Assembly (NCBI GenBank): GCA_964534375.1
Contig: CAZHPN010000073.1
Span: forward strand, 1-25,933
DNA: 25,933 nt
Direction of reading: 5' to 3'
From: an uncultured bacterium
GTDB lineage: Bacteria; Lernaellota; Lernaellaia; Lernaellales; Lernaellaceae
This document shows positions 7,627-15,984 of this stretch, piece by piece. The position numbers and the translations under genes were made by a program. The notes below the pieces were generated by a model that worked only from the letters and a program-made list of their open reading frames with translations, was not told where the DNA came from and searched no databases. The first letter of the stretch is position 1, and the number at the start of each line of letters is the position of its first letter.

Positions 7627-9816
7627 TTACCGACTTGGTTTCAGTTCCAAACCGAGCCGAACAACCCCTGTATTTTTGCGCTCTTTGCGGAATCCGCGCT
7701 CTTCGAGACAACGGCCAAAAGCCGTTTCGGTCATGGGGTGTCGGACGCCGGTTTTTTGGGCATGTACAGTGTAGGCTTCGAACAAGGATCTGGCCGGCGC
7801 CCGGCAATCGGGGCCGCGGTCGCAGCATTCGTTGAGGAATTCCGCCAGCCGATCGGACTCTTCGCGAAACTCGCCGGTCGCCGAATTCACGGTCGCCGTC
7901 GCGGGCAAGCCGTCATGCTGCCAGAGCAGGCAGCCTTCGAGCAGCCAGTTCAGGATGCCCGGCCGTTCGGCGTGCAGCTTTTCGATCAGCCGCTTGTCGC
8001 GCTCGGCTTCGGGAATGGTGACGTTGAACGGCACCAGGCGCAGCCGCCGCCAGAGGCCGTTATCCTGGCCGGAGACCAGCGGCTTGTGATTCGTCGCCAT
8101 GACGATCTTGTGCGTCGGCATGAAGGTCCAGAAGTTTTCGTGCATGCGCCGCGCGCTGATCTCGTCGCCGCCGGTCAACTGCTTGACCAGCGATTCGGAA
8201 AGGCGGTCGCCGCGTTCGATTTCCGTCGCGACGGCGAGCCGCCGGCGGTACAGGTCGGCCGTCGCGGTCGGGTGCGCGTCGTTGTGCCGGTCCAGCAGCA
8301 TCCCGGGCGCCGTTTGCAGGCCGTAGCCGCCGAGCACGCCCTTGACCGTTTCGAGCAGCACCGTTTTGCCGTTCGCGCCCGTGCCGTAAAAGATCGTCAA
8401 CACGTGCTCGCGAACATCGCCGGTCAGGCAATAGCCGAAAAAGCGCTGCACATAGTCGATCAACGCCGCGTCGCCCGCGAAGATGCGCTCCAGAAACGTT
8501 CGCCAGAGGTCGCAACGCGCGGCCGGGTCGTAGGCGACGCCGGCGAGCTGCGTCAGCCGCCGGGCCGGATCGTGCGGCGACAATTCGCCGGTGCGCAGAT
8601 CCAAAATGCCGTTCTGCAGGTTCAGCAGCATCGGCTCCGGTTCGAGGTCCGCCGGGCTGAATTGCATGTCTTTTTCGGCTTCCGCGGCCCGCACCATGGC
8701 GTCGATGCGGTGCACGTTCTCCGAGCGTGTGGCGTGCTTCCGCAGGGCGGCCCGCTGCTCCTCCGTCGCGGCGTCCTGGGTCTCGGCGTCGATCCGGCGC
8801 GTCGTCTGCTTCGCCATCGCGCGCACGCGGATCGCTTGCTCGTCGCGCGCCCAGCGCCGCCCGTCCCACGCATACCAGGTGCGCCAAACCGGAATGCAGC
8901 GGGCTTCGTGCCGATGCTGATTGGCGAACCGTTCGCCGTTGCCGATGTCGGTCAGCGGCGACGTGACCGGCGCCGGCGCCGGCGCGGCCAGCGGCGTCGC
9001 CGCGTCGAGCGCGGCCTGCCACGCGGCGGCGAAACCCGCGGGGCCGGTTTTCTTCAGCAGATCGTTCGGGTCTTTGACGCCGTCGAGCTGCACGAGCCGC
9101 GCCTCGCCCGTCCAGCGGCCGGAGTGAATGACCCGCGCGGCGTCCTCCGCAAATTGCGCGCCGGCGGCGTCGGGCTCCTGCACGACGTAAACGCGGGCGA
9201 TGCCGCGCAGCAGTTCCGGCGAGAGCTTTTTCGCCATCGTCGCGCCGGGGAAGCCGAGCGCCGGGCAGCCGACATGCCAGAGCGTCCAGCAATCGCTCTC
9301 GCCCTCGACCAGGACGAGCGAGCCGGCCGCGCGGGCGGCGTCGAGCCGGTCGAGGCCGTACGGAATCAGCCCCTTGCCGGGGCCCCACGAACTGCCGTCG
9401 CCCGCCTTGAGCGCGCGGCGGCGCCGCTCGCGGAAGGTTTTGCCGCTTTCGTCGCGATACGGAATGATGACGCCGTGGTGCGCGTCGTCCCACAGCCCCA
9501 GCGAGCGCAGAAAATCCGCCGGCAGGCATTTGTCCTGCGCGAGCGCGGCGACGGTCAGCGGCGGGCCGGCCGGCGTTCTGCGCCGCCACTTCTCGCGCGC
9601 CGGCGCCGGAAACAGATCCTTCATCGACAGGCTCAGCGCCGCGACGATGTCCGGCGCCGCGCACCCGGCGAAACATTTCAACAGAATGCGGCCGTCGCCG
9701 CCCTCGCACACCGACAGCGACGCTTGCCGATCGTCGTGCGCGGGGCAACGGGCGTGCCACCCGTGGCTGTTTTTTCGCGGCGAATCCAAACGGGTCAGGA
9801 ATTCGGAGACGTGCAT
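7627..9816 (-). CDS. Phage/plasmid P4-family primase-helicase (Zn finger + TOPRIM + D5_N + SF3 helicase), 729 aa
   Basis: CPAHDD...CFAGC zinc finger; LVEGESD and EPD TOPRIM; TDIGNGERF and WYAWDGRRW D5_N; Walker A GTGANGKT; KQLTGGD.I.AR, TNHKP and WRRL. RBS AAAAGGAG. Confidence 0.93.
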   Translation of the reverse strand: MHVSEFLTRLDSPRKNSHGWHARCPAHDDRQASLSVCEGGDGRILLKCFAGCAAPDIVAALSLSMKDLFPAPAREKWRRRTPAGPPLTVAALAQDKCLPADFLRSLGLWDDAHHGVIIPYRDESGKTFRERRRRALKAGDGSSWGPGKGLIPYGLDRLDAARAAGSLVLVEGESDCWTLWHVGCPALGFPGATMAKKLSPELLRGIARVYVVQEPDAAGAQFAEDAARVIHSGRWTGEARLVQLDGVKDPNDLLKKTGPAGFAAAWQAALDAATPLAAPAPAPVTSPLTDIGNGERFANQHRHEARCIPVWRTWYAWDGRRWARDEQAIRVRAMAKQTTRRIDAETQDAATEEQRAALRKHATRSENVHRIDAMVRAAEAEKDMQFSPADLEPEPMLLNLQNGILDLRTGELSPHDPARRLTQLAGVAYDPAARCDLWRTFLERIFAGDAALIDYVQRFFGYCLTGDVREHVLTIFYGTGANGKTVLLETVKGVLGGYGLQTAPGMLLDRHNDAHPTATADLYRRRLAVATEIERGDRLSESLVKQLTGGDEISARRMHENFWTFMPTHKIVMATNHKPLVSGQDNGLWRRLRLVPFNVTIPEAERDKRLIEKLHAERPGILNWLLEGCLLWQHDGLPATATVNSATGEFREESDRLAEFLNECCDRGPDCRAPARSLFEAYTVHAQKTGVRHPMTETAFGRCLEERGFRKERKNTGVVRLGLELKPSR

Positions 9817-9954
9817 CGGTCGCTCCTTTTGTTAAAGCTCACGCAACGGTCGGAAGATACTGGTCCGTGTCTTCCGTTGCGGCCCCCAGCCGCGCTTGAA
9901 CGAAAAATTCAGGCTGCCCGATTCGATTTGCGCACTTGGCCAAGCGATAATTAC

Positions 9955-9983
9955 ATTTTGCCAAATGACTGAACAAAAGTCAA
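9955..9983 (-). promoter_or_regulatory. Putative sigma70 promoter of primase gene with overlapping palindrome
   Basis: Minus strand TTGACT-N17-CAAAAT. TGACT-N7-AGTCA inverted repeat (9966-9982) overlaps the -35 box. Confidence 0.5.
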
Positions 9984-10224
9984 CACTTTTTATGGCGATC
10001 GTCCAATTATTTTTCTCACTCGTCCAACTTCTTGATAATACTGTGCTTTTTCATGCCTTTCGCCGCGATAAGAAAGGCGGGCGTTGACGCGCGTTCGGCG
10101 AGTTTGCGGCAGTGAACGGCGGTTTTGCGGCTAGGCATCGGGGCGCAACCAAAGGTTTTTTTGCCACAGTACAGAGACCATTATTCCTGGTACAATTGCC
10201 GCGATTTTTTCAGCGGGGGCACTC

Positions 10225-12414
10225 ATGAAAAGGCGGCTCGGCGATCGCTTGCGCATCGGCGCGTTGGTTTCCATTTGCGCCCTGCTTCTGACCGCCGCGT
10301 GCGGCGCCGGCAAATCCACCGGCGCGTCGACGCCGGTTGGGCCGGGCGACGACGACGGCAGCCCGTCCGTGGACATTGACGCCGTGGCATTGGTTTTGCC
10401 GGCCGGCGTCGCGCCGGCCGTGCGCCTCGCCGCGGAGGACGCGGCGGCGTTGCTGGGCCAGATCGACGGCCTGACCGCCGGCCTGGTCGAGAAAATCGCG
10501 ACCGACGGCCGGACGTTCAACATCGCCGTGGTCGGCCCGGGCGTCGCCGCAGCGGTCTTCTCCGCCGCCGAACTGGCCGAGATGCCGGCGGAGTCGTTCC
10601 GCTTGCGGGCGGCCGGCGCGACGACGCTCGCCGTCGCCGGGGCCGACGCGCGCGGCCAGCAGTACGGCCTGTACGACGCGCTCGAGCGCCTGGGTTTCCG
10701 CTTTTTCCATCCGGAGCAGACGTACACGCCGCCGGCCTTCGACGCGAGCGGGCTGGCGAACCTCGATGTCTACGAAAAGCCGGATTGGGGCCGCCGCGGC
10801 TTCCACGTGCACACGATGCACCCGATCGAGGCGTCGGAATTCGTGCTCGTTCCCTCGCCGCAGCACCAGGTCTGGGCGCAGCATTTGATCGACTGGCTGG
10901 CGCGCAACAAGCAAAACTATTGGCAATTCGAGCTGCTGCGGACGGTCGATTACCAAAAGACCGCGCCCTATTTCACCACGCTCGTGAATTACGCGCATTC
11001 GCGGGGGGTCGACGCCGGCGTCGTCGTCACCTGGGTTTTCCAGCAGCAAAAGGCCTGGAAACTCATGCCCGCGACCGACGCCGAAAACAAGCCGGCGTTG
11101 GAAAAGAGCCTGGCCCAGATCATGCAGGTGGCGTGGGACCACATCAATCTGGAAATGGGCACGACGGAATTCACCTCGGTCAACGACAAGCTGCAAGTGG
11201 CGTGGATGAACGACACGGTCGCCTATCTCGCCGCGAATTATCCGAACACGACCGCGTCGGTGAAGGTCCATTGCTCGACGGGCCAGACCGCGCCGGACTA
11301 CGGCAACATCAATTTCAATTACCTGGCGCAGTTCGCGGATAAGCGCATGGGCATTTACCCGCACTCGGTGATGTACTACGGGCTGCAAGGCCCGGCGCCG
11401 GTCTACGGCAACCAGAACCTCGACGGGCTGTATCGCTGGACGCTGTCGATGATCGACGGCGTGCGGAAGGTTTACTACTACCCGGAGACGGCGTATTGGG
11501 TCACCTTCGACATCGACGTGCCGCTGTTTCTGCCGCTCTACATCTACAGTCGCGCCGCCGACATCGCGCTGCTGCGCGACAAGGGCCTCGACGGCCAGGT
11601 CGATTTCACCTCGGGCCACGAGTGGGGTTATTGGCTGTCGGATTGGGCCGTCGCGCGGCTCGTGTGGAATTCGGAGCAGCAATGGACCGACGTCCTCGAT
11701 TCGTTCGCCGCGATTTTCGGCGACCAGGGGCCGACGCTGTCGGCGATCGTGCGCGACCTGGCGCTGACCGAACAGAAATGGCTCATCAACGAGCAACTCG
11801 CGAGCTACCTGGCGGGCGAAGACACGTGGGACGAGCTGGGTTGGTGGCTCGGCGAAGCCACGTACCCGAAACCGGTGTTCTTCGCCGAACTGTACGGCTG
11901 GAACGAAGCGCAGGTCCAGGCCTTCCAGAACAGCGTCATCGCCAATCTCGACGGCCTGGAGGCGGATTTCGCGTCGCTGCTGACGCGCATCCAGAACGCG
12001 GGCGCCGGCATCCCGGCCGCCGCGCAACCCTGGTATCAGGAACTCGTCGATAGCTTCCACGTCAACCAACTGCGCGCCGCCCATCTCCATGCCCTCTGGG
12101 CCGGCGCCGCCGTCCGCCGCCTGAACGAACTCGGGGTCGCGCCCGACGGCGAGGCCGAGGCGCAGGAATGGTTCGCGCAGGCGAAAGCGCTCACCACGCA
12201 ATATCAGGCGACCGTCCAAGCGCGCGAGGCGCACTACCGCTATCCGTTGTTCTACTCGACCGGCTGGCAGCGCAGCGTGACCGCCTACGACTACCGTTAT
12301 CTCTATCAGGTCTCGAACGCGTACTGGTTCAAACGCGCCGAAGCGCAGGCGATCGACAAAAATTTCAATCCGTTTCTGATGAACCTCCTCGACCCGATTT
12401 GGTTTTTCTTCTAG
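10225..12414 (+). CDS. Predicted lipoprotein, glycoside-hydrolase-like (GH20/GH67-type N-terminal domain plus putative TIM barrel), paralog 1
   Basis: Lipobox-like LLTAAC; ESFRL...VAGADARG..YG.YD.LERLGFRFFHP; RRGFHVHTMHPIE; strong GC3 codon bias. Confidence 0.75.
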   Translation: MKRRLGDRLRIGALVSICALLLTAACGAGKSTGASTPVGPGDDDGSPSVDIDAVALVLPAGVAPAVRLAAEDAAALLGQIDGLTAGLVEKIATDGRTFNIAVVGPGVAAAVFSAAELAEMPAESFRLRAAGATTLAVAGADARGQQYGLYDALERLGFRFFHPEQTYTPPAFDASGLANLDVYEKPDWGRRGFHVHTMHPIEASEFVLVPSPQHQVWAQHLIDWLARNKQNYWQFELLRTVDYQKTAPYFTTLVNYAHSRGVDAGVVVTWVFQQQKAWKLMPATDAENKPALEKSLAQIMQVAWDHINLEMGTTEFTSVNDKLQVAWMNDTVAYLAANYPNTTASVKVHCSTGQTAPDYGNINFNYLAQFADKRMGIYPHSVMYYGLQGPAPVYGNQNLDGLYRWTLSMIDGVRKVYYYPETAYWVTFDIDVPLFLPLYIYSRAADIALLRDKGLDGQVDFTSGHEWGYWLSDWAVARLVWNSEQQWTDVLDSFAAIFGDQGPTLSAIVRDLALTEQKWLINEQLASYLAGEDTWDELGWWLGEATYPKPVFFAELYGWNEAQVQAFQNSVIANLDGLEADFASLLTRIQNAGAGIPAAAQPWYQELVDSFHVNQLRAAHLHALWAGAAVRRLNELGVAPDGEAEAQEWFAQAKALTTQYQATVQAREAHYRYPLFYSTGWQRSVTAYDYRYLYQVSNAYWFKRAEAQAIDKNFNPFLMNLLDPIWFFF

Positions 12415-12420
12415 GGACGT

Positions 12421-12616
12421 GAGCCTCTTGCAACAATACAGGTGCAAAAAGCGGCGTCACGCGCGGACCTCTCCCCGGAAATTTCGGTTCCCGAAATTTC
12501 CCGCCCCTCCCCGACGCAGGGAGGGGCCTGCCGGGCGCCGCATTGACACGCGGACCAGCGTTGAAGAAAAGATGCCTCGTCCGCAATTATCGAGCTGCCA
12601 TTTTTGCAAGAGGCTC
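12421..12616 (+). mobile_element. MITE-like element, complete copy 3 (196 bp, 17-bp TIR)
   Basis: GAGCCTCTTGCAACAAT (12421-12437) versus ATTTTTGCAAGAGGCTC (12600-12616), 16/17 complementary. Two internal hairpins at 12477-12501 and 12503-12527. No clean target duplication. Confidence 0.75.
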
Positions 12617-12623
12617 TCGTGAC

Positions 12624-14780
12624 ATGAAAAAACGACTCGGCGATCGCCCGCGGTCCGCGGCGCTGGTTTTGTTTCTGGCGCTCCTGGCGGCCTTCATCCG
12701 CGGGGGCGCGAACGACGCGCGCGGCGCGACGGGGGCGGCGTTGATGAAAGCGTTGATCGTGCTGCCCGGCGATGCGGAACCGTCGGTGCGGCTGGCCGCC
12801 GCAGACGCCGTGGCTCTGTTGAAACAGATCCCGGGCTTCGAGGCGGCCGTCGGCGCCGCGATCGTCGACGACGGCGCAACCTTCAACATTGCGCTCGCCG
12901 GCCCCGGCGTCGCGGCCGGCGCCTTCACCGCTCAGGAAACGGCGAACCTGCCGCCGGAGTCGTTCCGTTTGCGCCAAATGAGCGACCGCGTCGTCGCGAT
13001 CGCCGGCGCCGACGCGCGCGGCCGGCAATACGCGATCTATGACATTCTCGAACGCCTCGGCTTCCGTTTTTTCCACCCCGAGCAAAGCTATGTTCCGCCG
13101 GCGGACAGCATCGCGTGGCCGAAAGGGCTCGACGTTTTTGAGAAGCCGGACTGGGGCCGCCGCGGCTTTCATTTCCACACCATGCACCCGATCGAAGCGT
13201 CCGAGTTTCTGCTCGTGCCGTCCGCGCAGCACAAAATCTGGGCCAAGCATTTGATCGACTGGCTGGCGCGCAACAAGCAAAATTATTGGCAATTCGAGTT
13301 GCTGCGCACCGTGGATTACGAAAAGGCCGCGCCGTATTTCACGGAATTGGTCGAATATTCGCACGCGCGCCAGGTCGACGCCGGCGTCGTCGTGACCTGG
13401 GTTTTCCAGCAACAAAAGGCCTGGAAACTTTTGCCGAACGCGCTGGCCGACCACAAAGACGCGCTGCACGCGGCCCTCGCGCGAATCATGCGCGTGCCGT
13501 GGGACCACCTCAATCTGGAAATGGGCGGCACCGAATTTACGTCGGTCAGCGACAAGCGGCAGGTCGCGTGGATGAACGAGACCGTCGCCTGGCTGGCCGC
13601 GAATCACCCGCTGACCACGGCGTCGGTCAAGGTGCATTGCTCGACCGGCCAGGCCGCGCGGCACTACGGCGGCATCAACTTCAACTACCTCGCGCAGTTC
13701 GCCGACAAACGCATGGGCATCTATCCGCACACGGTCATGTACTACGCGCTCGACGGTCCGGCGCCGGTCTACGACAATAAGGATTTCGCGGCGCTCTACC
13801 GCTGGACGCTGTCGATGATCGACGGCGAACGCAAGGTCTATTACTATCCCGAAACCGCCTATTGGTGCTCGTTCGATATCGTCGTGCCGCTGTTCCTGCC
13901 GCTGTACATCCGCAACCGCGGGAGCGACATCGCGCTGCTCGCCGACAAAAAGCTCGACGGCCACGTCACGTTCACCTCGGGCCACGAGTGGGCGTATTGG
14001 CTTTCCGATTGGACGGTCGCGCGCCTGACCTGGAACTCGCGCCGCTCGTGGACCGACGCGCTCGACGATTTCGCAAAAATTTTCGGCGCCGCCGGCCCGG
14101 GAATGTCCGCGGCGGTGCGCGATCTGGCGCAGTCGCAGCAGCACTGGCTGATCGACCGCAATCTCGCCACATATTTGGCCGGCGAGGACACCTGGAACGA
14201 AATCGGCTACTTCTTCGGCAAGACGACACAGCAGCGGCCGGTCATGTTCTCCGAGCTCTACCGCATGAACGCGGGCCAGGTGCGGGCGCTGCAAAGCGGG
14301 GTGATCGCCGACTTGGCCGCCGCCGCCGCGGAATTCGCGGCGCTGCGCCGCCGGGTCGAGGCGCTGGCTTCGCGCGCGCCCGCCGCTGCGGCCGCTTGGC
14401 TGGCCGAATTGAGCGACTGTTTTCGCATCGACGAACTCAACGCGACGCACGCGCACTTGTTGTGGGCCGGCGCGGCGGCGCGGCGTTTGCACGAACTGGG
14501 CGAGAACCCCGACGGCGAGACGACGGCCCAGGCGTATTTTGCGCAGGCGCAGGAAATCACGCGGCAGTTCGTGGCGACCGTGCACGCCCGCGAAACGCAT
14601 TATCGCTACCCGCTGTTCTACTCGACCGGCCGGAACCGGAGCGTCACGTCGTACAAATTTCGTTACCTGTATCAGGCCTCGACGGGGTACTGGCTGCGGC
14701 GCTACGAGAAGCAGGCGATCGACAAAAACTTCCATCCGTTCCTGATGAATCTGATTGATCCGATCTGGTTTTTCTTCTAA
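12624..14780 (+). CDS. Exported glycoside-hydrolase-like protein, paralog 2 (718 aa)
   Basis: Collinear with 10225-12414 over its full length (shared HLIDWLARNKQNYWQFELLRTVDY, FTSGHEW, DPIWFFF). Starts MKKRLGDR; signal peptide has no lipobox Cys. Confidence 0.78.
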   Translation: MKKRLGDRPRSAALVLFLALLAAFIRGGANDARGATGAALMKALIVLPGDAEPSVRLAAADAVALLKQIPGFEAAVGAAIVDDGATFNIALAGPGVAAGAFTAQETANLPPESFRLRQMSDRVVAIAGADARGRQYAIYDILERLGFRFFHPEQSYVPPADSIAWPKGLDVFEKPDWGRRGFHFHTMHPIEASEFLLVPSAQHKIWAKHLIDWLARNKQNYWQFELLRTVDYEKAAPYFTELVEYSHARQVDAGVVVTWVFQQQKAWKLLPNALADHKDALHAALARIMRVPWDHLNLEMGGTEFTSVSDKRQVAWMNETVAWLAANHPLTTASVKVHCSTGQAARHYGGINFNYLAQFADKRMGIYPHTVMYYALDGPAPVYDNKDFAALYRWTLSMIDGERKVYYYPETAYWCSFDIVVPLFLPLYIRNRGSDIALLADKKLDGHVTFTSGHEWAYWLSDWTVARLTWNSRRSWTDALDDFAKIFGAAGPGMSAAVRDLAQSQQHWLIDRNLATYLAGEDTWNEIGYFFGKTTQQRPVMFSELYRMNAGQVRALQSGVIADLAAAAAEFAALRRRVEALASRAPAAAAAWLAELSDCFRIDELNATHAHLLWAGAAARRLHELGENPDGETTAQAYFAQAQEITRQFVATVHARETHYRYPLFYSTGRNRSVTSYKFRYLYQASTGYWLRRYEKQAIDKNFHPFLMNLIDPIWFFF

Positions 14781-14801
14781 TAATATCAAGGGGGGTCAAC
14801 C

Positions 14802-15980
14802 ATGAGCGACAAAGAAACGACGGTCCAAGCCGCGGGCAGCGACGATTACCGCCCCGGCCTCGAGGGCGTGGTGGCGTCGCGGTCGAGCATTTCCTTCGTC
14901 GACGGCGCGAACGGCGTGCTGGAGTACCGCGGCATCAACATCCGCGACCTGGTCGACCACAGCACGTTCGAGGAAACGGTCTACCTGCTGCTCTACAACC
15001 ACTTGCCGACGCAGCGCGAACTGGCGCAGTTCACGACGTTGATGTCCAAGCAGCGGATCCTGCCGTACGCGGTGCGCGAAGCGATCAACAACTTTCCGGT
15101 GACGATGCACCCGATGATCGCGCTGCAGGCGGGCATCACCCTGCTCGCCGGCGACGACTATTCGTTCGACGAGGTCGGCAACCAGATCCACAATATCCGC
15201 CGCGCCGTGTCGCTGATCGCCAAGGCGCCGTCGATCATCGCCGCGTTCGAACGGCGCCGCCACGGCGAGGAGCCGCTGCCGGCCGTCTCGAAATTCAACC
15301 ACGCCGAGAACTTTCTGTTCATGATGAACGGCGAGCGGCCGCATCCGGAGGAAGCGGGCGTGTTCGACAAGATGCTGATCATGCACGCCGACCACTCGAC
15401 CAACGCCTCGACCTTCGCCTGCCGCGTCATCGGCTCGACGCTGGGCAATCTGTATTCGTCCGTGTCCGGCGCGGTCGGCGCGCTGTCCGGTCCGCTGCAC
15501 GGCGGCGCCAACGAGCGCGTGTTGCGCATGCTGTTCTCGGTCGGCTCGCCGGAGAACGTCGAGACCTTCGTCGACGAGATGATGGCCGCCGGCAACAAGA
15601 TCATGGGCATCGGCCATCGCATTTACAAAGTGAAAGATCCGCGCGCCGAACTGCTGCAGGCGATGATCCCGCGCCTGCTCGCGTTGAAGGGCGGCGCCGA
15701 GATGCAGAACCTGTTCGACACCGCGGTGCGGCTGGAGGAGACGGTCAACGCCCGGCTGTCGCACAAGAAGCTGTATCCGAACGTCGATTTCTACTCCGGC
15801 ATCGCGCTGGAAATGCTGAAAATCCCGATGGACCTCTTCACGCCGATGTTCGCCATGTCGCGCATCTCCGGCTGGTGCGCGCACTGGGTCGAGCAGGTCA
15901 GCGCCAACCGCCTGTTCCGCCCGAAGCAGGAATACATCGGCGATCACAACCGGCCGTACGTGCCGATCGATCGGAGATAG
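14802..15980 (+). CDS. gltA: Citrate synthase (short, type I-like)
   Basis: PGLEGVV, LEYRG, HADHSTNASTF, GPLHGGANE, GIGHRIYK.KDPRA, PNVDFYSG; catalytic His/His/Asp present. Confidence 0.95.
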   Translation: MSDKETTVQAAGSDDYRPGLEGVVASRSSISFVDGANGVLEYRGINIRDLVDHSTFEETVYLLLYNHLPTQRELAQFTTLMSKQRILPYAVREAINNFPVTMHPMIALQAGITLLAGDDYSFDEVGNQIHNIRRAVSLIAKAPSIIAAFERRRHGEEPLPAVSKFNHAENFLFMMNGERPHPEEAGVFDKMLIMHADHSTNASTFACRVIGSTLGNLYSSVSGAVGALSGPLHGGANERVLRMLFSVGSPENVETFVDEMMAAGNKIMGIGHRIYKVKDPRAELLQAMIPRLLALKGGAEMQNLFDTAVRLEETVNARLSHKKLYPNVDFYSGIALEMLKIPMDLFTPMFAMSRISGWCAHWVEQVSANRLFRPKQEYIGDHNRPYVPIDRR

Positions 15981-15984
15981 CGCG

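Noticed and set aside
4759..10091. attL/attR direct repeats (GTTGACGCG at about 4759 and 10083)
   Set aside because: Only 9 bp, similar TTGACGCG occurs at 24253, and it looks like a -35 box. No integrase or tRNA is present.
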